Shown here in pieces: positions 12,110-23,574 of a DNA stretch of 64,000 nt. The notes under the pieces are model-generated. The model saw nothing but the letters and a program-made list of their open reading frames with translations, was not told where the DNA came from and made no database searches. How positions within the stretch are numbered: the stretch's first letter is position 1; each line of letters starts with the position of its first letter. Source of the stretch: Bispira polyomma (taxonomy: Eukaryota); contig OZ287751.1 in NCBI GenBank assembly GCA_965649765.1, positions 66,836,001 to 66,900,000 of the forward strand. Reading direction: 5' to 3'. Position numbers and translations under genes: made by a program.

Positions 12110-12975
12110 GGCATGCTCTTATTACCATGTCTTCAAGTAGAAGGTTGGATGAATACTTGCTGGTTCATAAGAAATGTCTAGTGAAGTAACTTTATCCTTC
12201 AAATATAGCACCACTTACCATTGAGTGAAGTAGGCTGCTGGTTGAATACTTACTGACACATAAGTAATTGTTTAGTGAAGTACTTTCTTGGTCCTTGTAA
12301 TTCAGCACTGCTTACCATGGAGTGAAGTTGTTTTGCTGGTTGAATTCTTATTGTTCATTAAACTGTCCAGTGAAGTAATTCTTTTTATCCTTAAAGGACA
12401 GCACCACTTACATGTTGTTTGGTATGCTGTTGGTTGAATATTTTTACTGGTTGGTAACAAATTGTTCAGTAAAGTATTTTTCCATATCCTTCCAGTACAC
12501 CTTCACTTACCTTGGTGTGGAGGGTGTTGCTGGTTGAATTACTTGGTTACTAAACTGTCCAGTTAAGTAATTCTTTTGATCCTTTAGGACAGCACTACTT
12601 TCATTAATTTGAATAGGCTGTTGCTTGAGTGCTTACTGGTTCTCAAGGAACTGTTTAGTGAAGTCATTTTCGTTTACTATTAAGTACAGCGTCACTTATC
12701 ATGGAGTGAAGTGACTTTCTGGTTGAGTATTTACTGATGCCAGGACACTTTTCAGTGACACTTTCTTCTTATTATTACTACAGTTCTACTTACATTATCT
12801 GAGTGGTCTGTTAGTTGAATATTTATTGATTCACAAGGAAATTTCCAGTGAAGTGTCCTTACTTATCTTTGCAGGATAGCACTACTTGCCACAAAGTCAA
12901 GTAGTCTGTTGGTGCCCTACTTACTGGTTTCATTAGAAACTGTCCAGTGAAGTAATTTCCTTTGTACTGTCTACA
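12110..12975. repeat. Diverged ~96-bp tandem array (~9 units) inside the DIRS element
   Basis: agcaccactta..gctggttgaata..tgtccagtgaagta recurs near 12207, 12304, 12400, 12499, 12591, 12688, 12782, 12878. Confidence 0.85.
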
Positions 12976-13343
12976 TACATCTTTGCATGTGCTGATGACT
13001 TCTCTGTTTTCTCTTGCAAGCTTTTCATTAAGTGGCATCTTGTGAAGAGATCATCTGTGGGATGTGATGTCATTTTGATGACGGCTAAGCGTAATAGCCA
13101 GATAACATTATTTTCTTGGCCTATTGACATACATATGTGGTACATTCATATCTGTGTAGAATGCAGCACTACTTGTTATTCAGTTAGGTAGTTGGCTGTT
13201 TTATCAGACTTACATGCTTCTCCTGAAGTGACATGAGTAAGTCAAATGCCTTATCCTCAACAACTAATGCTTTAAAACTCCTTAATTCCTTAGGTGGGGC
13301 TTTGTTTCACACAAATAACCCTCCTCCTTCAAGGTTGGATTCA

Positions 13344-13447
13344 AGCGTTAGTGAGGATAAGGTAAGGTGTATTTATCGCAATAAAATGTAAAAATTTTAT
13401 TGTAATTTATCTTTTTGGAAGATAAATACTTACCTTATCCTCATTAA
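13344..13447 (-). repeat. Internal complementary region (ICR) of DIRS element
   Basis: 13344-13386 is the reverse complement of the left terminus; 13387 onward is the reverse complement of the right terminus. Confidence 0.95.
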
Positions 13448-13518
13448 ACCAGATCCCGTCCCAACCAGCCCTACTTTTAGTTGTGAAAACATCACCCAAA
13501 TTAATTGTGAAGGGTATC

Positions 13519-13724
13519 TCGAGGACGAGAGTTGAAGGGACTTCCGGCGCATGCGCAGTGAGGTTGGTGAGATTTATTTAGGTCAAATCACAAGAATAGT
13601 CTTTGAAAAAAAACTTAAGTGATTTTTGTGGTCGAACATTTAGGTGTACTAAATTATATAGCCTTAGTGAGGATAAGGTAAGTATTTATCTTCCAAAAAG
13701 ATAAATTACAATAAAATTTTTACA
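13519..13724 (-). repeat. Right ITR plus terminal extension of DIRS element
   Basis: 13519-13682 inverted copy of 8297-8460; extension matched by the ICR. Confidence 0.95.
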
Positions 13725-14836
13725 ATTGGCAATTTTCAAAAAAATTTCTTTTCCCCCAAAATGGCGGCCATTTTGAATTTTCGAATTTTTGCCCAAACTG
13801 GAAAAACACAAATTTGCTTCTATCTCCTTAACCGTGCCAGATAGAGTGATTTCGTCGAAATTTTCGACCCACAGGATATCTAAGAAATGTACTATTGGCA
13901 ATTTTCAAAAAATTTCCTCTCCCCAAAAATGGCGGCCATTTTGAATTTTCGAATTTTTGCCAGAAATGGAAAAACACAAATTTGCTTCTATCTCCTTAAC
14001 CGTGCGAGATAGAGCAATTTCGTCGAAATTTTCGACCCACAGGGTTTCTAAAAAATGTACTATAGGCAATTTTCAAAAAATTTTCCTCTCCCGAAAAATG
14101 GCGGCCATTTTGAATTTTTGCCCAAACACAAATTTGCTTCTATCTCCTGAACCGTGCGAGATAGAGCAATTTGTTATTACTCTCACACACCTTAATCAAT
14201 TGTAAATGTAGTTTATCATTACCTTACATCAGATTTTTATAAATAATAGTTAAATTATCTGTTGTGAAGAAATTTTGCAAAATTAATGGCCAATTTTCCC
14301 ACCCATCACTTTAGCTGATGGCCAATTTTCCTGATGGGATTTTTTGCTGATGGGATTCACTTGATGGACATTTTTCCTGATGGGCTTTTTTCAGGAATCT
14401 GTTACATGGTGTACACTACTAGGCAGTGCTTGTGTAAATGTGTTATGTACCATTTAGTTAGACAGCATTTTGTCCCCCTTGCAATTTTGACTGCCGTTTT
14501 GTCCCCTCGGTATTTTGTCTGACGACATTTTGTCCATGCAGTTGAAATAATTTACATGTATACTAATAAATTTTGGAGCATCGTTGATATATTTTACAAA
14601 CAAAACATTCCTGTAAGACTACTGTGCAATTGTTCCAAAAGGTTCATGGGGTGGACATTACACATGCTAATGTGTGTTCTTCTATGCTATCCTGTTTCTT
14701 TTCATATGTTGCAGCTACTCTTAACAGGGCGTCCTATTTCTAGTATTGAATTTTACTATGAATTATATTATATCAGTGATAATATCATGACTTTTTGAAA
14801 GGTTTATAAGCCTTTAACATTTTTATGTTGTTTCAG

Positions 14837-17800
14837 ATTTTGAAATGTTAAGTGAAGTTGATTTGAACACAGATAGCCAAAGTGAACCAAATCCTCCGGA
14901 AATTAAAGGTGTAGAAAATGACTTGGGTGAAAAGACTTCTGTTATGAAAGAGCCTGCTACCGCTATAGAGAGATTTACAGGATCACCTGGCCATAAATCT
15001 GCTGTGGACACAGACAGTAAGACAAACTCGAAGAAAACTCAAGGAAAATTACTGTGTAGGGAAGATTTATCATCACCAATGAAAGACTGTGTTCAACTTG
15101 GTGCTTCCAATCTGCCAGCCTCAGCTTATGAAACTTGTGCTGAGGGTTTAGAAACATCACACAAAATAGCCACTTCTACTGGAGGATCAATAAATGCCAG
15201 TGAAGTAAATCCTATCCAGTCAAATGATCAGACTGGAACGAATAGTGGTGCTTTGGTTACCTCTACATCGGTAAAGTGTAATATGGCATCAACTCCAAAT
15301 CTGGTTGATTCCTTATCTGAAGCCCAGCTGGAGAAAGATTCTGAAGAGAATGAATGTCCCAGTGGCCTCAGTGACCTGGCTCAGAAGTTTTTAACTACAC
15401 CAGAGACCTCTAGCAGTGGTGGGTCAGCTCCGGGTTCACAGAATAGTGTGGTTGTGAGTAGTTCAAACAGTAAAGTGGAGGAAGCAATGCAGAACAGTGG
15501 TGCAGATGTCCAAGATGCAGAAGGTGTGGTTAGTAGAAGAAATCAAGCTAGTTCCGAAGCCAACAGATACACTAGTGAAATTAAGACATTGCATAGTGAC
15601 AGTGTAGAAGATCAAAGATTGCATGATTTGGCAAAGGTTTCTGAACACAATAATATGGCAGATAAATCAATGGAGGAAAAATGTGGAAGGGATTGTGATG
15701 TTACAGATGAAGCTAAGGTACAAAAAAAGGCTCCAGCTCCAGTACAGTCACCATTTAGTGTAAACTTTGGTGTACAAAGTGCTATGTTCATGGGGCTCAA
15801 TTTTCCGAGTCCAAAGAAGTTCAGTTTGAGGATGAGCCCAGAGGAACGTAGATTGGAAGTGATGAGACAAGTGATCAAATCCTCGGAAGCTCATACAGCT
15901 CAGAAAGTAGATGGTAGGAAAGAAGAACCAGCTGATGATTTAACAATGAAAGAAACAGAGAAATCTGATACAGGAATGACATATGATGAATCTGGCAGTC
16001 ATGCCTCAGATGATAGCAAAGAAAGTAGTGAGCAGGAGGACCTCATAGTTGAAAAGGTTATAAGGATCAAAAACAGGAATTCAAGCGGTAATGCTAGCCT
16101 TGACTGTTCATCATCTGTAGTGTTAAAAGTTGAACCAGTCTCTGACTCTGAAGCAAAGAAAGATAGCACAAGGACCAGAAAGAAACAGCTTAACAGAAGC
16201 AGTGTTCACAGACCTTTGATAGGTCAGCTATTGGGAGAGGTAAACGATGATGGTGACACTAGCATAGTTGTACAAGTAAAAATTGATGCTTCGCCAGAGG
16301 CTGATGGTATGGCCATTGATGTAATAGCAGAAGATGGTGCCCAAAATAATGACACATCTGTCGAAAGTTTTGCTATGGAAAAGGTAGAGAATAGTGGAAC
16401 TGACGTTACAACCCAAAGTTCTCCTGAAGCTAGGGAATGTGTATCTGATGTGAGACAATTGGCAGATGTAGAGGAAGACATTCTCACAGTAGACACACTC
16501 AATAGTACCTTACTCAGAGATCAGAAACAGAAAAGAAAGACTTCTTTAATAACTAGACAGTCTGGTAAGAAGCAAAGGAAGGCAGGTAAGGTTTTCAGTA
16601 GTGATGAGGAGGGTGACTCTTTACATTCTAAAAAGACATTGGCTTCTGTTAAGAAACAGGTAAAGGCCCGAAAGCCGTCAGAAGAGAGTGAAGAGACTAA
16701 TGATGATGACTGGGTACCTAGTCCTGTCAAACAAGGTCGACCTAATAAAAGAGCCTCCCAGCCCAGGTTCTCCTTCAACAAAACTAAGTCTGTGGCGGAG
16801 AATATTCAGGACATGTTGACAACCAAGAAATCTGCTGAGCTAGATAGTAGTGTCCTATTTTCAGAAAAGATTCCAAAAGGAAAGTCAGCAGATAAGAGAC
16901 GTGGTACCCAGGCCCGTAGGTCTAGCAGGAAACATCGCTTATACAACGAAGGCGAGAGTATGTTGTTGTTGTCTGAAGCTCCGGATGGTTTACAGTCAGT
17001 TGCAGAAGAAGCAATAAAAGAAACAGGAAATACAAAGGTACCAACAAGCAATAGTCTCAAAGTTGAACAGAAGCTTTCTCCTGAAATGAGAGAAGGAAAT
17101 TCTCAAAGCAGAAAGGCAGGAGAGAATGAGCAGGTTAACAGTGAGCTGCCACAACAGGACAATAACAAAAGTGAAAGGACATGTATGGATAAAGAGAAAG
17201 AGGATAATGATGATGTGCATGCGTCTACCCTGGAAGATATATCACAGAGCAGAACCACCCCTCGCCTATGTTTGTTTGCTGCTGTTTCTGATAATGTCTC
17301 AGAAGAAGGTAGGGGTGACATTATAGATGGGTCATTTACAGCAGAAGAGAAGGCAAGTAGTATAGAAACCAAAACTGGGACAAAAGAAATACTGGATGTT
17401 TCTCCCATTATTGTTGTACAAGGTGGAAGTACCTTTCATGTGTCTCAACCATTGGTATTGTTAAAGTCTTTAAATTTAAGTGACACAGGTGACTTTACCG
17501 TTTTAAATGAAGGTCAGAATAGAACTCTCAATAACTTAAATAAACATAATATAAATAAATCTCTGTTGGACACACAAGGCACAGATGTAGTTAATACGAC
17601 TACTGATGACAAAAACCAAGATTCAGTACTGAATAAATCAAATGCTTTAGAAGATCATAAAACTTTAGTACCTTCCACAAGTGAAAATAGTAATCAGCAA
17701 GATGTCAATACAAATGCTACAGAACATTATTACCAGTCCTGTGATGATGCTTTTGCAGAGAGTGAGGTCTCTGATTCAGAGAATGTTGAAGGGAATGTTC

Positions 17801-18394
17801 AGGAAGATTCCGGAAGAACTATTTCAGAACCTGCTGGAAATGGCCATGTGGCAGAAGAGATTGTTGAGGATGTTGATGTAGTTCAAATGGTGAAGGGTCA
17901 AGCAATGCGTTCTGATACAGAGATGTCCAAAGGAAATATTACTGAACGTATATTACAGGATATTCCTGAAAGACTTGGTTTTTCCAGAGTTTCTGAAGAG
18001 CCTCCATTAATGTCTAGCCACAGTCGAGTGGACTTTAGGAGCCAGAAAGCTGGTGAAGCAGAGATGGAAGATATGGAACCGGAGAAAGAAGTAAGCGGGA
18101 GCAATGAATTTATAGAGAACAAAACTAACACAGAGGTGGTTTCTAGATTAACAGAGAATTCAGACAGAGAAGGGTTTTCTAAAGTATCAGGAATCAATGG
18201 TACACTAGCTTCAACTGCAGAATCCTTGGTAAAGTCAGTATCACCACTAAAAGGGAAAAATGACATGAAGAGATTTGTAAACCAGAGACAGGAAGAATCA
18301 GATAACTTTCAGGATGGCAAATTAGTTAAAGATACTGACTTTCATAGTGACTACCAAGATGGGAGAGATGGTGAAAACCTAACCAGGGAAAAGG
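14837..18394 (+). CDS. Giant 3,558-nt coding exon, Ser/Glu/Asp/Lys-rich, likely disordered, with basic NLS-like clusters
   Basis: 1237-aa ORF; tttcag| phase-1 acceptor; G|GTATGT phase-1 donor at 18395. Confidence 0.88.
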
Positions 18395-18434
18395 GTATGT
18401 GCCTGCATAATCATTTTAATGTAGTAATGGACTG

Positions 18435-18640
18435 TATGATTGATTGGGCTTTAATGTCGCTATTAACACATTGTATAGCGTCATATCACGACAGGCAGTT
18501 TTACTTGTGGGAGGAAAGCAGTGTGTACCTACTAGTTGGTCAAGATTCTGCACTATAAACCACCTGGCATTGGCAAGTAACTGCTAACTTTCCGACATAA
18601 CGCCATGGCCCAGATTCTAAACCACAACCTCAACATCTAT
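18435..18640 (-). mobile_element. tRNA-derived SINE related to 6302-6570
   Basis: reverse complement contains gtgcagaatcttgaccaact and ggaaagttagcagttacttgc. Confidence 0.65.
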
Positions 18641-18948
18641 ATGACTACAGACAGGGCATCTTCTATGGTGCATCTCCTAATCATGATCCAACAAAGACTA
18701 GTCCGATTGGAAAGGCTCAAGATCAAATAGTCCAGTCGAAACCTGATCAAGGAGTGCAGTGATATTTTTAAAATGAACATCTTTTGACATATAAATCTGT
18801 TTTTGTGAATATATTGCCTCTTTTTTGAATTGCGAGCATTGTTATTACTGAGTACTCTTCTCGTTTTTCTTTATACAATTTCCCAGCATTATGTTTCAGA
18901 AAGTATAAATTTGATGGATCAGTATATTACTTTCCTTTTGTGTTGTAG

Positions 18949-19682
18949 ATCAAGACATCAGTATTGTCAATACCAGTAGCCAGCCTGTATCTACCATTGT
19001 TGAAGTTATGACTACCACAGACAAGAGTGATGAAGTGATCCCCATTTCCTGCAAGTCTAGTGAAGAAATCCCCTCTCCTGATAAAAGTAGTGAAGTGATT
19101 CCACCTACAGATGAAAGTGTTTCTACAGGAGTAAGTACTTCTTGTGGGGAAGAAAAGGCTGTCAGTTCACAATTCCCACATGGTCATGAGCAGGACAAAT
19201 TTGAAGAATGTTCACCTAGTCAAGTTGATAAACTAAATAGTCACACATGTGATAACTTCCCTTCAAAATGTTTAAGTGGTGAGAATCTTAAAGACTCTGT
19301 AGAACAGCTTCCTGAAGATCATTTGATCGAAAGACAACAGCTTTACAAAAGTCCCACAATAACACAAGGCAGAAATGGTATGGACTCATTGCCAGGAGAC
19401 TATACTTCTAATGAGAATAAAGAAGAAGAGAAGTACATGTATGTAGAAAAAGCTGGAGACCAAGATAGTATAGAGAAACTTCTAGAAGCTTCCCAGATAG
19501 ATGAGATCAGTCCACCGTGTGGAAGTGGGAAAAACCTTACCTTCCCCACACCTGAAATGTCCTTGCAGTGTGCTCAGAGGTCAAGGCAAGGTGAAGGCCA
19601 CTTGTCTCAAATTCAAGGCTTCATTGAGGCAGCATCGAGTCAGGATGATGCAGATGATTTGAGCAGATTATGTAATTTACAG
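18949..19682 (+). CDS. Host gene coding exon with three ~10-aa xxxKSxExIP repeats
   Basis: ttgtag| phase-1 acceptor in frame with ORF 19008; CAG|GTAATT phase-0 donor. Confidence 0.85.
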
Positions 19683-20724
19683 GTAATTATGTATCGCATA
19701 ATATTAGTAACATCAAAATGGTTTTTGGCAGTTATTTGCTTTAGCTTTGGGAAAATAGTTTTACAGGTGTAAATTTAACTTTCTCAAGGTCACATGATCA
19801 AAAACAAATTTTCACGTACACTTGCTTGTCAGCACTTTTTCTCAGAAAATATTTCTTGTAACTCAAAATTCCAAAATTTGACATACATGTTACTGACATT
19901 AATGTCTAGACCAAGCCGATTGTCAGATCAATATAGCCATAAGCAAGTTATGGATGAGTATTTATCTAATGCTACAAAATACATTAAATATCCCCTTGTG
20001 GCACATATTTCAGGTTTTCATCATGAACTAAACTGACATATCTTTCATATTTTATCTAAATAGGACGAGTGGATGCTTTAATATGATGAGCCTTATGTTT
20101 AAGGTTACCTAAAACTCCATCAATTTCTGAATGATGCAAGAAAATAACAATTTTAGCTTAGAGTTTAAACTTTAATAAATGTTGTGTGAAATGCATAATT
20201 TAACCTTAAATTAATGGTGTCATGCAAGAAAAACAAGAAAAGTTTGCAGTTTATACATGTTGAAGTAATCTAAATGGTGTTTTAGTATACTACCTATAAA
20301 TTTTCTGGTTTCTGTGAAATACCAGTTCAGACATTTGCTTTCAGTTTGCTGCAATTGGACCCAAAACAAAACTGCGATTTCCAGTTTATCGTTCACAACA
20401 TTGGGTATTTTGTTGTGTGACTTTCTATGACTCAAACACTCTAGTAACAGGGTCATCCATTGTGTTCTTGAAATTCAATTTTCTTCAGTAAACTGTCACA
20501 TTTCTCACACTTTCTATAAACTACAATGGTGGCTATAAAGCAAATAATTAACTTTAAAATTGGGTGACTTACATTTAAAGCCCTAAATGGGTTTGCTGCA
20601 AAATACACCAAAGACGTGCTATAACATTATATAGACCAGCAAGAATATTAAGATCAATCAGTGATTAGGCATGTTCTGATGCTTTTTAGGTTATTTTACA
20701 GTAGTAATACTTGTATTTCATTAG

Positions 20725-20835
20725 AAAATGCTGGATGAAGAGATACAGAGGGAAGATGAACATCATCTCCTGAGTATTAGCTTCGCAGCCAAGACCCAGT
20801 CAGCATTGATGTCTAACTTTGGCTTGGATCACTAA
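20725..20835 (+). CDS. Terminal coding exon KMLDEEIQREDEHHLLSISFAAKTQSALMSNFGLDH*
   Basis: tttcattag| phase-0 acceptor, TAA 20833-20835, AATAAA at 20886. Confidence 0.75.
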   Translation, partial: KMLDEEIQREDEHHLLSISFAAKTQSALMSNFGLDH

Positions 20836-23249
20836 AGTGCCTGGATTTGATCAGCCTTGTATGGATAAAGAGTTTGTTTGGACCAAATAAAAGCTCAAAC
20901 AGAGAGAGTCAAAGACACAATGATGAGAGTGGAGAGTAGTAAATTGTACAAGTCAGGGCTTCGGTGGTGTTGTGGTAATACACTTACCTCCCCAGGAAAG
21001 TTGGCAGTTGACTTGCTGAAGGCAGTTCATTTGTAGTAGCACGAAAATCATGTATTCCTGCACCAGTGAATTGTTTGTTATGATTCGACACAAGACATGC
21101 TTTGTAGAACAAACAGCTGTTTGAAAAACAGTGTTTCTCAGGGTAACATGCATTTAATTTACCAATGAAGTGTTCATGCATGTTATAATTAAGAATAATT
21201 CAAACTTTATTGTACACAGTAGCACTCAATCCTTACTTTTATAATCCAAAAGAAAAATTTAATTTTCTAAAGTCCATTTCACTCCCCACAACTTTTCTAT
21301 TCCTGTATACTCAAGTACCTCTTCTGTTATTAACCTTCTATTATTTACACAAAATTCTACTGTGTACCATGAAACTGTAATGAATTGATAACACAGGCAA
21401 ACCCTTTTAAGTAGAACTCTGTTAAGTCAAATTTACCTTTTACAGTAAAACTTACACTATCCGAACTTCTGTAATCTGACTTGAATTTTATACACAAATT
21501 TCCACTCTCCCAAATTTATATTTACGTATTGTTTTATACAGAAAAGCCTTCTCTATTTTATGAACCATATATTATCCAAACAAAATCTTGCTGAGATAAT
21601 AGAACATTCTACTGTACATTCTACTGTATCTGTTTTCTCTCCTAGTTCTCGCCGCCAGCTCTTATGTCATTTTCTTTCGCTAATAACTTTGTCACTCTTC
21701 TTTGTATCTTCTGCACTTCTTCATTTTAAATGAAACCGGAGGGGTATAACATCCATCCGTCTAGAGGTATACTTGGCTATGGGAGTAGATTTCTTTTATT
21801 TAGGGCCTGAATTTAACCCATAGTCAGGCAATAAAACGGAGTTTTAAATTAAAAAAAAATCCAATATAGCAGCGTGGAAGGCAACGGAATGTAACAATTT
21901 GTTGTTATTTGACCGTTTATTCTGGAGGAGTGTGCGCGGCTCCGATCCTATGGGGTCGACTGTTTTTATGGTTTGCCAGACTGTGAATTTGCAAAAAAAA
22001 TCCAATATGGCTGTCATGGGAAGTGATGGTAGGTAACATATGACTTGTTGCACTGCAATTTTTCCGAGATTTTCTGACTTTGGCAGTCACCTAGAATTTC
22101 TGGGTCTTTTTCAGCAATTTCTGTTGTCTCCAAAAGGTACAAGGTTGAGTGACTTCAAGCTCATTATGGCCCAATAGTGTCTTGCACAGTATATCCGGCA
22201 ATTTTTAGAATTTTCTGATTTTGGCAAACATCTGGAATTTCTAGGTCTTTTTAAAAAACATCTGTTCTCTTCAAAAAGGTACGAGATAGAGCAATTTTGA
22301 GGTAATTTCCGACCTACACTGTGCTGAACAGTAGGCAATAAATTTTCAGATAGTTTCAAATTTTCCGATTTTGACGGCTATCTTGAATTTATTTTGCAAT
22401 GTCCATTATTGCTAAACAGCCTTCAGGATAAGTGTGCAGTGTACGGAAACTTTTCAAAAATTTCTGATTTGTGCGACCATCTTTTGTTCATTTGCATTGC
22501 TATCTGGAAATTTGTATTTTCGTGCATGTTGATTACTGTCATTATTATTTCTGTAACACTTCTCATTGATTTTTCATTGGATGCGGTTTTTGTTTTCAAA
22601 AAGTGATTTTCTAATTTAAGTTAATATGTACATGTCTTGATATATGCATTGTGTCTAATTGGAACTGTTTACTATTAACACTGTTATCACTATTAAGTAA
22701 TTATTTAATACATGCTTGGTATTCTCTTTAAACTTGTACATCAAAATTGTCCTGTATGGTTGATTTGTAATATTGTAGTTGTTTGTCAAGGCTAGTGATT
22801 GATTGATTACTTTCTACTAAATTGTTACCATAAAACTTTTGATAACCATGGCATTAATTTCTCTGTTTTGTAAAAGATACATTAATACAAAGTGTAATGC
22901 TGCTTACTAGATTTTGTATTTAATTATTTACCTGTGGTTAAGTCTTATGTAATTTTGTGGAATATGTATTTTTTGACAAAGTTTCCGGATTTACTTTGTC
23001 CAATCATGCCAATAAAAAATTGTCAATGGAATAATACTTATTTTTCTTTAATTGTTTCCAAGGAATGAACCAGGAAATAACATATTAAAACTTTCCCATT
23101 TATTGGTTGCTCTTGTACAAAATCCAGTTTTCTGTTACAGTCATGACTTTTACACTGATTTTCTTTCATACGTTTACAGTTTTTAGGTAACGGTAACAAA
23201 CGTACTTGGAGAATGGCTTCCATTTACTTGCTGTTGCCAGCGACAGGTG

Positions 23250-23460
23250 TATTTGAATTAAGTTTGGTTTTATTTTACTTTCCACAGGTTGGCTCATATC
23301 ACAAAAGTGGCCAGATTTAATGATTGAGAAAACGAATGCTGAAGCACTATGAACCACTGGCCTATGGCAAATACCTAACAAAATTTCTCACATAAAGAAA
23401 CAAGCACATTGGTTAGAGGCCAGTGAGTGTGCAGTAAATGCAATCTAACCACCACAGCCC
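23250..23460 (-). mobile_element. tRNA-derived SINE (family A), diverged
   Basis: reverse complement has gcttcagca, aaatctggcc and gtgatatga blocks of family A. Confidence 0.6.
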
Positions 23461-23574
23461 AGTTGTAATCTTTATAAAAGATGGCTCACTAAAAAATTGC
23501 ATTGGAGATGACAGAAACCCACAGCTTTGGTAGGAACTACTGAAATATAGACTGTAAGAATGAATGTATTGTAT

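Larger units (their letters stand above)
8277..13724 (+). mobile_element. Non-autonomous DIRS1-type tyrosine-recombinase retrotransposon derivative
   Basis: 164-bp ITRs, ICR complementary to both termini, no TSD (removal restores tgtact|attggc as in the neighbouring unit near 13890), RT/RNase H relics. Confidence 0.92.
7790..14172. mobile_element. Non-autonomous Helentron/HINE-like repeat with ~168-bp internal tandem units, split by the DIRS insertion
   Basis: 5' hairpin tgtccacccc..ggggtggaca; unit motif ctatctcc..accgtgcgagatagagc at 8041, 8203, 13820, 13988, 14140. Confidence 0.6.

Noticed and set aside
8297-13682. Cut-and-paste DNA transposon interpretation of the inverted repeats
   Set aside because: No TSD, non-identical extreme ends, an ICR and RT relics all indicate DIRS
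14823-18266. Multiple minus-strand ORFs over the giant exon
   Set aside because: Antisense shadows of a compositionally biased coding exon
18395-18558. C-terminus of the 1237-aa ORF, and the ORF as a single-exon gene
   Set aside because: Read-through into intron and an antisense SINE; phase-compatible splice sites bound the exon
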